A stretch of 64,000 nucleotides of DNA. Origin: Lentisphaeria bacterium UBA4640 (lineage in GTDB: Bacteria; Verrucomicrobiota; Lentisphaeria; Victivallales; UBA1829). Location: contig DHMO01000002.1 of the NCBI GenBank assembly GCA_002405835.1, positions 9,531 through 73,530 of the forward strand. The letters run 5' to 3'. The position numbers were made by a program, and so were the translations under genes. The notes under the pieces are model-generated. The model saw only the letters and a list, made by a program, of their open reading frames with translations, was not told the origin of the DNA and ran no database searches. Shown here in pieces: positions 56,044 to 64,000 of this stretch; the first letter of the stretch is position 1, and the number at the start of each line of letters is the position of its first letter.

Positions 56044-57038
56044 AATTCCTCCATCAGCTGTTCGGCAAGACGCTCCGCAAGCTGTTCGATTCCGGCGTCG
56101 CGCGGGTGCACGTGGTCGGGTTCGTAAAGCGCGGGGTCATGATCAATGAGTTCGCTTCCGTTGATGATCCGCACATTCGGATCGCCGCATTCCGTTCCGA
56201 ATTCCGCATAGACGTCGCGGAACTCCTGGAGCGTGTGATGCGCCGCGGGGGCCTTGAATTTGGTTGAAAGCCACATCGGCGAAAGAAAATCAACGGGTGT
56301 TTCCGGCTGGAATGCGCGGAAGTCGTGCAGAAACTTTTCGAGATTCGCGCGGAATTTTTCCGGCAGCATTCCTTCGCGCCAGTCGTTTGCGCCGATTGAG
56401 CAAACCAGCCGGTTCATCTTCAGCGTGCCGAGCACTTTTGCCGCGCCCGGGTTGAGCCCGATTCCCGCAATGCCCATGTTGACAACTTCCCAGTCGAGCA
56501 GTTCGCCGACCAGGTAAGGGAAGGTGCGGTCGATCCGCGATGCGCTGAATCCGTGGACGATGGAGTCGCCGAAAAACACTGCGCGGTACGCCGGACGCGG
56601 CTTCGGCGCGGCGAATTCCGCTTCCGGATTCGTGTGGAGCGTGTGAATTTCCACAATGTCGCCATACGGAAGGACCAGCTCGTAGTCGTGCCACTCGCCG
56701 TCGGCGCGGATTTTGACGGTGACGGGTTCGTTTTTGCAGCCGTCGCGTTTGGAGCGTTCAAATGTGGTGCGCTCCCCCGCTTTGCCGTCGATGAGATAGA
56801 CGCCTAGCCCGTTTTGCATCCGGTTCGGGTTGGTCCGCTCCTTGTAAAGCAGATCAACGACAATTTTCGAGGCGTTCGTGCGGAAGCGCATCCGCGCGCC
56901 GGGGGAGTCGAGATTGTACTTTTTTTCATTCGGAACAGTGCGGCTGAATCCGATGCGTCCGCCGTTGTCGATGCGGTTCTGATAATCGGAATAGGAGATC
57001 CGGGGATCCGCCGCCGGAATCGCAGTCAACCCGTCCAT
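56040..57038 (-). CDS. SGNH/GDSL hydrolase with an N-terminal beta-sandwich domain
   Basis: AVFFGDSIVHGFSAS is GDS block I. VCSIGANDW is block III-like. DHVHPRDAG is the DxxH block V. The stop overlaps the thiS start (ATGA). Confidence 0.8.
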   Translation of the reverse strand: MDGLTAIPAADPRISYSDYQNRIDNGGRIGFSRTVPNEKKYNLDSPGARMRFRTNASKIVVDLLYKERTNPNRMQNGLGVYLIDGKAGERTTFERSKRDGCKNEPVTVKIRADGEWHDYELVLPYGDIVEIHTLHTNPEAEFAAPKPRPAYRAVFFGDSIVHGFSASRIDRTFPYLVGELLDWEVVNMGIAGIGLNPGAAKVLGTLKMNRLVCSIGANDWREGMLPEKFRANLEKFLHDFRAFQPETPVDFLSPMWLSTKFKAPAAHHTLQEFRDVYAEFGTECGDPNVRIINGSELIDHDPALYEPDHVHPRDAGIEQLAERLAEQLMEEL

Positions 57039-57046
57039 GCCGAACC

Positions 57047-58009
57047 TCAGTTGACGGCGTCTTTCGCAACTTCGCGGTCGTTGAACAGCGCCATAGCCCA
57101 GACGGTCCAGAATCCGCCGTAGATGATGCTGTAGACGAGCGCCCAGCCGAGATAGCGGAGGGGAATCTGCGTGTGCGCGGCGAGCGCGTCGGCCATCCAG
57201 AAATACTGCCAGTTCGGGAGAATCGCGGAGAAGAGATCGCCTGTGAATCCGCCGCCGAGCCAGTGTGTGGAAACGTATTTCGAGATCAGCCCGAGGAAGA
57301 AGAGAATGGAGCAGGACGTCAGGTTGGTGACGATTCCGCAGCGGGTTGCGAGTGCCGCCGAAATCGCGCCCATCAGCCAGACCGCGGGGAACAGCAGAGA
57401 GAGCGCAGTGATGAACTGCAGTGGCGGGATGAACCCTTCGTCGTCGGGCGCTCCCTGCACAAGATAGAGCAGAACCGCGTAAACGGGAAGCGCGGCTGCG
57501 GTCAGAAAGGTGATGGCGGAGGGGAATGAAATTCCTTTGAGATAATTCAGCACCGCCGCTGTCAGTGCACAGACGGCAAGCACCCCGTAGTAGAACGCCA
57601 TTGCACCGAAGTCCAGACGGAACTGGTCTTTTGCGATCATCACTGCGACGAACGATGCGGCGATCATGGCGAATGTGAACACGGTCAGCGCCATGGTGAC
57701 GCCGATGATTTTTGCGGTGATGAATGTGTAGCGCGGCACTGGTTTCGAGAGCAGAAGCAGAACCGTTCCGTTGCGCATTTCCCGCGTGATTGTGTGGCTG
57801 GAGCAGAGCGCGGCGACGATGAGCCCGAGCACCATGGTCGTCGCCATCGAACTGTCAACGACCAGTTTCACCTGTTCTCGGAATACGAACATGGAGAACA
57901 TTGGCAGAATGCAGATGAGGACGAGTCCGACGAGCAGGAGCAGAAAGAAGATCGGCTCGCGCACGCATTCGCGGAAGGTGTTGAGTGTCAGGCGGTAAAA
58001 GATATTCAT
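57047..58009 (-). CDS. ABC-2-type multi-pass membrane permease-like protein (no adjacent ATPase)
   Basis: About 7 predicted hydrophobic segments. The N-terminus MNIFYRLTLNTFRECVREPIFFLLLLVGL resembles NosY/GldF-type permeases. Confidence 0.6.
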   Translation of the reverse strand: MNIFYRLTLNTFRECVREPIFFLLLLVGLVLICILPMFSMFVFREQVKLVVDSSMATTMVLGLIVAALCSSHTITREMRNGTVLLLLSKPVPRYTFITAKIIGVTMALTVFTFAMIAASFVAVMIAKDQFRLDFGAMAFYYGVLAVCALTAAVLNYLKGISFPSAITFLTAAALPVYAVLLYLVQGAPDDEGFIPPLQFITALSLLFPAVWLMGAISAALATRCGIVTNLTSCSILFFLGLISKYVSTHWLGGGFTGDLFSAILPNWQYFWMADALAAHTQIPLRYLGWALVYSIIYGGFWTVWAMALFNDREVAKDAVN

Positions 58010-58581
58010 TTTTCCTCCGCGGGCGCTTTTGCTGCATCGGCTTCATCAACCTCTGGGACTTCGTCTTCCGCATTGCGTTTTGCCTCGAAATTCTTTTTGA
58101 TGCGGTCGGAGTTGAAGAGGTTTGCCGCGGAGACGGCGTTCACAAACCAGCTCTTGCTTGCAAAGTCGATGATTTCATACTTGCGGTCGATTGCCAGCCG
58201 GTAGTCGTTCGGGACGATTGTTTCATCTCCGATGATGACGATGCGTTTCGGGTTGAGCGCGGAGACGCAGGCGCTGAACTGGTCGGGGTCGAGCTTCGCC
58301 GGTGCCTTGCCGTCGGGAAGAATGAGGTAGATCGCCTGCTGTTCGGCGTTTACGGGCGGCAGAAGGAGAATCGGGTTGCGTGTCGCCTCCTGAATTGCCG
58401 TCGCAAGGTCGCGCGGACTCTGATAGTTGGCCGTGATGATGAGGTATTCGATGACGCGTCCTTCGACCTGTTTCGGCCAGTCTCCGCCGTCCCATGCCGC
58501 GGCGTTCGCGGCGGCGGGAGCGACGACTCCGGCGGATATAAGCAAAGCGGTCATGAATTTTCCGATAAAGTTTCTGAACAT
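58006..58581 (-). CDS. Secreted protein of unknown function (191 aa), possibly with a cell-wall-binding-repeat-2-like fold
   Basis: The internal ATG gives MFRNFIGKFMTALLISAGVVAPAAANA (signal peptide). The acidic tail is EDEVPEVDEAD. The stop overlaps the next start (ATGA). Confidence 0.5.
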   Translation of the reverse strand: MFRNFIGKFMTALLISAGVVAPAAANAAAWDGGDWPKQVEGRVIEYLIITANYQSPRDLATAIQEATRNPILLLPPVNAEQQAIYLILPDGKAPAKLDPDQFSACVSALNPKRIVIIGDETIVPNDYRLAIDRKYEIIDFASKSWFVNAVSAANLFNSDRIKKNFEAKRNAEDEVPEVDEADAAKAPAEEK

Positions 58582-58701
58582 ATCCGAATCTCCTGTTCGT
58601 TTTGAAATTTTCCGTACATCAGGTATTTTAACCATCAAATGAAGAAAATGCAAATGCGGAGCAGATTTTTTTCTGAAAGATTTTCCGGATTCCGCAAACC
58701 G

Positions 58702-59865
58702 TCAGGTCGATTTGCGGATGACGAAGAAGTAGCTGTAGAACAGAAACGCCAGAGTCGGGCCGACTCCGCCGATGAACGGCGGGACATATCCCTGTTTGCC
58801 GAGAACAAGGAAAATTTCCGTCATCATCTGGAAGACGACGATTGCGCCGACTGCGGTCACAATGGAGAGAAATATGCCGGCGCGTTCGTTTTTCGCCGCC
58901 AGCGGAAGCCCGAGGAAGACGCAGAGAAAGCAGACCCACGGGAATGCGAGACGGTAATAGAGAATGGTCTGATAGACGTTCCGGAGGGAATCCACCATGT
59001 TCGGATTGTCCTTCAGAATGCGCCAGATCGCAAGCGAGGAAAGTTCATCCGGCGGACGGATGGCGTTGCCGATGTTTTCGACTGTTTCGGGAATCTGATC
59101 CGTGGTGAATTTGAGTTCTTTGATGTGCTGTTCCGCGCCCGGGACATGGAGAATTTCGCTGTAGGGGGTGCGTTTGACTCCGCGGAAGACCCAGCCGGAG
59201 GGAGTGTATTCCGCCTCTTCCGCCTGCAGGTCCCACGCGATGTAGCGGCGGCCGTTTTCATCATTTTTATATTGTTTGAGAATGACGCTTTTCTGCAGTC
59301 CGCTTTTGTCGAAGTTGGTGAAGAGCCAGTCGCGGGTCTTGTCGGAACTGCGGTACTGGAGCATGCTGTACATGCGCTTTTCGTAGTTTTCCCTGCCGAG
59401 GGACTTGATGAGAACTTTCGCGTCCATGTCGCAGTCCGGGACGAGCTGTTCGTTGAACCAGAAATTGATGAATGTGACGCAGAGGGCTGCGATGTAGATT
59501 GCGCCGCCGCACCGGAGCATGGAGAGACCGGATGCGCGCATGGCGGTGATTTCACGGGTCCGTCCGAGGTTCGCGATGCAGTACATGCAGGACAGGAGGA
59601 CGGAGATCGGGAGAACGAAGCGGATGTTTCCCGGCATTTTGAGAATGAAATATTTTGCGGCGAGGAAGAAGGTTGATTTGTGTTCCAGAAAGTCGGAGAT
59701 GTCGTTGAAAACGTCGCCGATGAGGAAGAGGAGAGTGAACGTGAACGCAAGAACGGAGAAGGGAATCATGAATTCCCGGAGGACATAACAGTCGAGGATG
59801 GGGAGCCAGAAGAAAGTTCTGCCCCTGTTGACTGTTTTCAGAGATTTGCGTTCGTCGTTTGTCAT
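58702..59865 (-). CDS. LptF/LptG-family (YjgP/YjgQ) permease
   Basis: ILDCYVLREFMIPFSVLAFTFTLLFLIGDVFNDISDFL. The start is uncertain (59865 preferred; the track gives 59958). Confidence 0.8.
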   Translation of the reverse strand: MTNDERKSLKTVNRGRTFFWLPILDCYVLREFMIPFSVLAFTFTLLFLIGDVFNDISDFLEHKSTFFLAAKYFILKMPGNIRFVLPISVLLSCMYCIANLGRTREITAMRASGLSMLRCGGAIYIAALCVTFINFWFNEQLVPDCDMDAKVLIKSLGRENYEKRMYSMLQYRSSDKTRDWLFTNFDKSGLQKSVILKQYKNDENGRRYIAWDLQAEEAEYTPSGWVFRGVKRTPYSEILHVPGAEQHIKELKFTTDQIPETVENIGNAIRPPDELSSLAIWRILKDNPNMVDSLRNVYQTILYYRLAFPWVCFLCVFLGLPLAAKNERAGIFLSIVTAVGAIVVFQMMTEIFLVLGKQGYVPPFIGGVGPTLAFLFYSYFFVIRKST

Positions 59866-59958
59866 TCCTGAATCTTTCGTTTCCGGGAGCATGTCCCGAT
59901 TGATAAAAAACAAGCCGCGAATGGGGAAATCCGTTCGCGGCATGGAAAAGCTGCCCAA

Positions 59959-60126
59959 TCAGCCTCTGCGGCGCTGGGTGCGGCGTTTCTTCTCGCTCGG
60001 CTTCTCGAAGTGTCTTCTGTTGCGAAGTTCCTTGAGGGTGCCTTCCTTGTCGAGTTTCTTTTTCAGTTTGCGGAGAGCGCGATCGATCGGCTCGCCTTTT
60101 TTCAGTCTGACTTCCGTTGCTTCCAT
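59959..60126 (-). CDS. rpsU: 30S ribosomal protein S21 (55 aa; below the ORF-track length cut-off)
   Basis: Manual translation gives [68 protein letters not shown] lies 5 nt upstream. Confidence 0.85.
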   Translation of the reverse strand: MEATEVRLKKGEPIDRALRKLKKKLDKEGTLKELRNRRHFEKPSEKKRRTQRRRG

Positions 60127-60170
60127 TGTGTTCACCCCCCTTCAGCGTTGTGAGTTGATATTGTTCATGA

Positions 60171-61829
60171 TCAGTCGTTCGTAAAGTCGGCTTCGTCCGC
60201 AAGCAGAGATTTCAGCTTGCTGAGCGCCTGGTTCTGAATCTGACGCACACGCTCGCGAGTCCTGCCGATTTCCTGGCTGACCTCTTCAAGGGTGCGCGGA
60301 CGGTTGTTGTCGAGTCCGAAGCGCATTTTCAGAATCATGCGTTCGCGTTCATCGAGGTCGCGGAGAAGCTCCACGAGACGCTTGATGGACTCCACGTCTC
60401 CGAGAATGCGGTCGGGCGTCATGGCGCCGCGGTCCGGGATGATGTCCTGGAACTCGCCGTCTTCGCCCTGCTGAATCGGATCGTGCAGAGAGAATGTTTT
60501 GAGATCCGCCAGGCGCAGCCCTGCAACCGTGCGTTCGCTGAAGTCGAGGTTCGCCGCAATTTCAGCGTCCGACGGCTCGCGTCCGAGTTTTTCCGCAAGT
60601 TTCATGCGGACGGATTTGATCTTGTTGATCTTTCCTGCGGACTGCACGGGGATTCGGATGGTGCGGCTCTGGTTTGCCAGAGCGCGGCGCATCGACTGCT
60701 TGATCCACCACGCGGCGTAGGAGCTGAATTTTGCTCCTTTCGCCGGGTCGAACTTCTCGACGGCACGCATCAGGCCGATGTTGCCTTCGGAGATCAGGTC
60801 GAGCAGCGGGAGACCGAGTCCCTTGAAGTCGTGGGCGATCTTCACCACCAGACGCAGATTCGCCTGAATCAGCGTTGCGCGCGCTTCGTCGTGCTCGCCG
60901 GTGTCGCGTCCGTGAATCTTGGCGGCAAGGTCGACTTCCTCCGATTTGGAAACGAGGGAAATCTGACCGATGTCCTGCATATAAACTTTCATCGTGTCGT
61001 TCTTCGATGCGGCAACCGGAGCGAGTTTGGAGTTTTTCTTCTCCTCCTCATCGCCCTCTTTTTTGTCATCGTCAAGATCGAGCGACTCATCTTCGACATT
61101 CTTGTACGCTTCCTGGTCGTCGATATCTTCGGGAAGAATATCATCCGCCGGCGGTTCCGGATCTTCCTCATACGGAGGCAGATCCTCATCGGTCATCGGC
61201 TTGGGTTCCGGAATCACAAAATCATCATCGTCATCGTCGTCCGTTTTTTTCTTTTTCTTCGGGACGGCATCTTCTTCCGGTTCTTCGGCTCTTTTCGGAT
61301 GTTTCTTCTTTTCAGGAGCGGCGGCGGGGGCTTTCGCCTTTGCCGTCTTCTTGACCGGTTCCTCCTCTTCCGCTTTGACTTCCTTTGCAGGAGCCTTTTT
61401 CACCGGAGCTTTTTTTGTCTCGGCCGCAGGTTCCGCTTTCTTTGCGGGAGCTTTCTTTGCCGGGGCTTTTTTCTCTTCGGCGACGGGTTCGGTTTCCTTT
61501 TTCGCGGGGACCTTCTTCGCCGGCGCTTTTGCGGTTTCAGCGGGCTTCTTCGCGGGTTCTGCTTTCGGGGAAACGGGCTTCTTGGACGCCGCCGTCTTCT
61601 TTTCGGAAGCAGGAGCGGCTGGTTTCGTCAATTTTTTTTCCGTCGGTGACGATTTCTTTTCCGCACGTTCAGCTTTTTTGACCTCCTCCTTCACGGCAGG
61701 AACGGTCTTGGCGTCAACTTTTGCGCCTTTTTTCGCGGGGGAAACAGATTTTTCAGCAATTTTTACTGAAGACTTTTCATTTTTGCCCTTGACTTTTGGG
61801 CTTTTGTCTGTTCTATTAATCCCTGACAT
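60171..61829 (-). CDS. rpoD: Primary RNA polymerase sigma factor (sigma70/RpoD) with an N-terminal extension of about 270 aa (a ~190-aa Lys/Ala/Pro-rich block and a ~80-aa acidic block)
   Basis: Regions 1.2-4: MKVYMQDIGQISLVS...IQANLRLVVKIAHDF...ISEGNIGLMRAVEKFD...YAAWWIKQSMRRA...TLEEVSQEIGRTRERVRQIQNQAL. The N-terminus holds KKAPAKKAPAKK-type repeats followed by DDDDDDDF...EDPEPPADD. Confidence 0.9.
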   Translation of the reverse strand: MSGINRTDKSPKVKGKNEKSSVKIAEKSVSPAKKGAKVDAKTVPAVKEEVKKAERAEKKSSPTEKKLTKPAAPASEKKTAASKKPVSPKAEPAKKPAETAKAPAKKVPAKKETEPVAEEKKAPAKKAPAKKAEPAAETKKAPVKKAPAKEVKAEEEEPVKKTAKAKAPAAAPEKKKHPKRAEEPEEDAVPKKKKKTDDDDDDDFVIPEPKPMTDEDLPPYEEDPEPPADDILPEDIDDQEAYKNVEDESLDLDDDKKEGDEEEKKNSKLAPVAASKNDTMKVYMQDIGQISLVSKSEEVDLAAKIHGRDTGEHDEARATLIQANLRLVVKIAHDFKGLGLPLLDLISEGNIGLMRAVEKFDPAKGAKFSSYAAWWIKQSMRRALANQSRTIRIPVQSAGKINKIKSVRMKLAEKLGREPSDAEIAANLDFSERTVAGLRLADLKTFSLHDPIQQGEDGEFQDIIPDRGAMTPDRILGDVESIKRLVELLRDLDERERMILKMRFGLDNNRPRTLEEVSQEIGRTRERVRQIQNQALSKLKSLLADEADFTND

Positions 61830-61917
61830 AGCTTTGCTTTTGTTGTTTACAGTTTACCGGGTCACAATGAACCGGTGCGTGTGATTATGACATACGCAAT
61901 AGGGAAAATAGCACAAG

Positions 61918-64000
61918 ATGAAGAAAAGTCAACTGAAAAAAGAAAATAAATTTAAAAATATTTTTTCCTCTTATCTGCGCGCCATGCGGAAAGAGACGAA
62001 AAAACGCATCCCCGTGGATGAAGACACCACGGCTCTGGAACTGCTGCGTCTCTGCATGTCCGCTCCGAAGGGGACGAAAATGCTGTTTGCCGCGCCCTCG
62101 TATGCGATTGCGGAACAGACTGAACACGAACTGCGCATCTGGGCGGAAGCCGCGGGGCATCCCCTCACATCCGCGCTTCTTCCCGAAGGTTCCTGGCGCG
62201 ATACTGTCACGCTTGACTGTGAATCCGCACGCGCGGAGCTGCTCGAAAGAATGACCTCTGAAAACCCGCCCGACATTGTGGTCGGTTCCGTGCTCGCGTT
62301 TCTTTCACCGACTCCCGATCCGGACGAATTTCAGGGTGCCGGAATCATCCTGCATCGCGGCGACTCCGTCGACATGGCAAAACTCGTCAAGCGTCTCGTT
62401 TCCCTCGGTTACGACGATGAACCGCAAGCCGCCTCTTCCGGCGAATTCTCCAAACGCGGCGGCATCCTCGACGTCTTCTCCCCCGGGATGAAACTTCCCG
62501 TCCGCATCGAATTCTTCGGGGACGAGATCGATTCCCTGCGCGAATACACGCCCGACAACGGACGCTCCGTCCGCGAAATCGATTCCTGCAAAATCATCGC
62601 CCGTTCCGGGTGCGAACAGGTCGAGGGAACGGATGAATATTTTGATTTCTCTGACTACGCTCCCGACCGCGCGCTTGTCGTGGAATCGCCCGACGACTGC
62701 GCGGAGTCCGTCAGAAAGTACGGCGGCGGCAGGACGGCGGAGCACTGGGAGGCGTTTCAGAAAAAATTTGCTTCTGTGCATATTCTGGAATCGGAAGTCG
62801 ACTGCATTGAACATGGAGAGAAGCCGGACCGTTCCTGTATCGGCGTCTCGCCCGCTCTCCGCGCAAGCGCTGATGAAGAGGAGCGCGATTCGGTGACGGA
62901 GATTTCGCGCAAACTTTCCGCCGAATTCGTCGAACACGCTCTTGAGGACGGCATGGAGGTCATTCTTGCCGCACACAAGGATTCCGATTCCGAGCACATC
63001 GCCGAATGGCTTCGCGAAAACAGTATACCCGAATCGGAGAAACTTTCTGTGGAGCGGCTGCACATTCCCTGCGGCGTGATGTTTCCGAAACAGAAGGCGC
63101 TCTTCCTGACCGAGCGTGAACTTTTCCCCGCATGTCTCCGCGGCAAAGACCGCGTCCGCACGGTCGACGAGACGGAGGAGGATCTTGTCAAGGCATCCCG
63201 CACCGAGCTTGAAAACATGGCGGATATCGAAGTCGGCGATCTTACGGTTCATTTGAATTACGGGCTCTGTCTTTACCGCGGCATCAAGACGGTTCGTTCC
63301 GCGGGGAGCGCGATTGAGTCGCTGGAGCTTGAGTTTGCCGATGAAAAAGTGATTTACGTTCCCGTCTGGCAGGCGCATCTGGTTTCTCGTTATGTCGGTT
63401 CGCATCTGAAGGGGGCGCAGCTTTCGAAACTGGGATCCTCCCGCTGGGCGAAAGCGCGGGAGGAGGCGGCCGGTTCCGCAAAAGGTCTTGCCTGCGAAAT
63501 GCTCCGGATGCAGGCAATCCGCAAGGCGTCCCCCGGAATGCCGTTCCCGAAAGACGGTTACGACCAGAAGCTGTTTGAAGATTCATTCCCCTATGACGAA
63601 ACCGAGGGCCAGAAGAAGGCGATCGAAGAGATCAAGCGCGATATGGAGTCGTCGCGTCCGATGGACCGTCTGCTCTGCGGCGACGTCGGTTACGGCAAGA
63701 CGGAAGTCGCGATGCGGGCGGCGTTCAAATGCGCCGTTTCCGGCAAGCAGGTCGCCGTGCTTGTGCCGACAACGGTTCTCGCGCAGCAGCATTATCTGAG
63801 CTTTACGGAACGCTTTGCGGAATTCCCGATCGTCATTGAGACTCTGACCCGTCACAAGATGGGAAAGGAACGCAAACAGATCATCGAACGTCTCGCGGAA
63901 GGCTCCATTGACATTATCATCGGAACGCACGCTCTTGTCGGAAGTGAAGTCAAATTCCGCGAACTCGGACTTGTCATCATCGACGAGGAACAGCGTTTCG
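61918..64000 (+). CDS. mfd: Transcription-repair coupling factor Mfd, 5' part (3' end off-window)
   Basis: Absent from the ORF track because it has no in-window stop. Manual translation gives GEFSKRGGILDVFSP...PVRIEFFGDEIDSLR, then FPYDETEGQKKAIEEIKRDMES..MDRLLCGDVGYGKTEVAMRAAF...LVPTTVLAQQH...GLVIIDEEQRF. Confidence 0.9.
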   Translation, partial: MKKSQLKKENKFKNIFSSYLRAMRKETKKRIPVDEDTTALELLRLCMSAPKGTKMLFAAPSYAIAEQTEHELRIWAEAAGHPLTSALLPEGSWRDTVTLDCESARAELLERMTSENPPDIVVGSVLAFLSPTPDPDEFQGAGIILHRGDSVDMAKLVKRLVSLGYDDEPQAASSGEFSKRGGILDVFSPGMKLPVRIEFFGDEIDSLREYTPDNGRSVREIDSCKIIARSGCEQVEGTDEYFDFSDYAPDRALVVESPDDCAESVRKYGGGRTAEHWEAFQKKFASVHILESEVDCIEHGEKPDRSCIGVSPALRASADEEERDSVTEISRKLSAEFVEHALEDGMEVILAAHKDSDSEHIAEWLRENSIPESEKLSVERLHIPCGVMFPKQKALFLTERELFPACLRGKDRVRTVDETEEDLVKASRTELENMADIEVGDLTVHLNYGLCLYRGIKTVRSAGSAIESLELEFADEKVIYVPVWQAHLVSRYVGSHLKGAQLSKLGSSRWAKAREEAAGSAKGLACEMLRMQAIRKASPGMPFPKDGYDQKLFEDSFPYDETEGQKKAIEEIKRDMESSRPMDRLLCGDVGYGKTEVAMRAAFKCAVSGKQVAVLVPTTVLAQQHYLSFTERFAEFPIVIETLTRHKMGKERKQIIERLAEGSIDIIIGTHALVGSEVKFRELGLVIIDEEQRF

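Noticed and set aside
61000-61760. Periodic repeats in DNA that might suggest a CRISPR or tandem-repeat array
   Set aside because: They are the coding image of the KKAPAKK-type low-complexity tail of rpoD. They have no spacer/repeat architecture and no cas genes.

Overview
This 64-kb window is bacterial, roughly 55-58% GC by eye. It most likely comes from the PVC superphylum (Lentisphaerota, Kiritimatiellota or Verrucomicrobiota type). The basis is two prepilin-type N-methylation proteins, one with a C-terminal H-X9-DG motif, embedded in glycoside-hydrolase operons.

Layout:
- 1-24.3 kb is an accessory glycan-degradation region. It holds three sugar-type regulators (GntR-PBP, LacI, AraC), two pseudopilin-led operons encoding giant secreted carbohydrate-active enzymes, two GH78-type rhamnosidases, two SGNH/SASA-type esterases and a decayed rtcB relic.
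- 24.4-27.0 kb is a LysR / Cys-type dienelactone-hydrolase / cyclophilin-like cassette.
- 27.0-27.7 kb is a 550-bp repeat-rich non-coding stretch followed by tRNA-Ser(GCT).
- 27.8-31.9 kb is a two-gene lipase plus pseudo-hydrolase/acyltransferase operon.
- 31.9-40.0 kb is a coiled-coil gene followed by a partial S10/spc ribosomal cluster (rplV through secY only).
- 40.1-43.1 kb holds a LacI regulator, a glycosidase relic and an intact clan GH-A glycosidase.
- 43.1-61.8 kb is an almost uninterrupted minus-strand housekeeping train: manC-like, YgjP, LPS kinase, DUF502, corC, ybeY, 7TM-HD, phoH, LysM lipoprotein, fabF, acpP, thiF, thiS, SGNH hydrolase, ABC-2 permease, lptF/G, rpsU, rpoD.
- 61.9-64.0 kb is the 5' part of mfd.

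Three genes are missing from the supplied ORF track. Two run off the window edge (1..3945 minus strand, 61918..64000 plus strand). The third is under 60 aa (rpsU). I found all three by manual translation.

There is no CRISPR array, rRNA, transposase or integrase. Coordinates of hand-indexed non-ORF features may be off by 1-2 nt.
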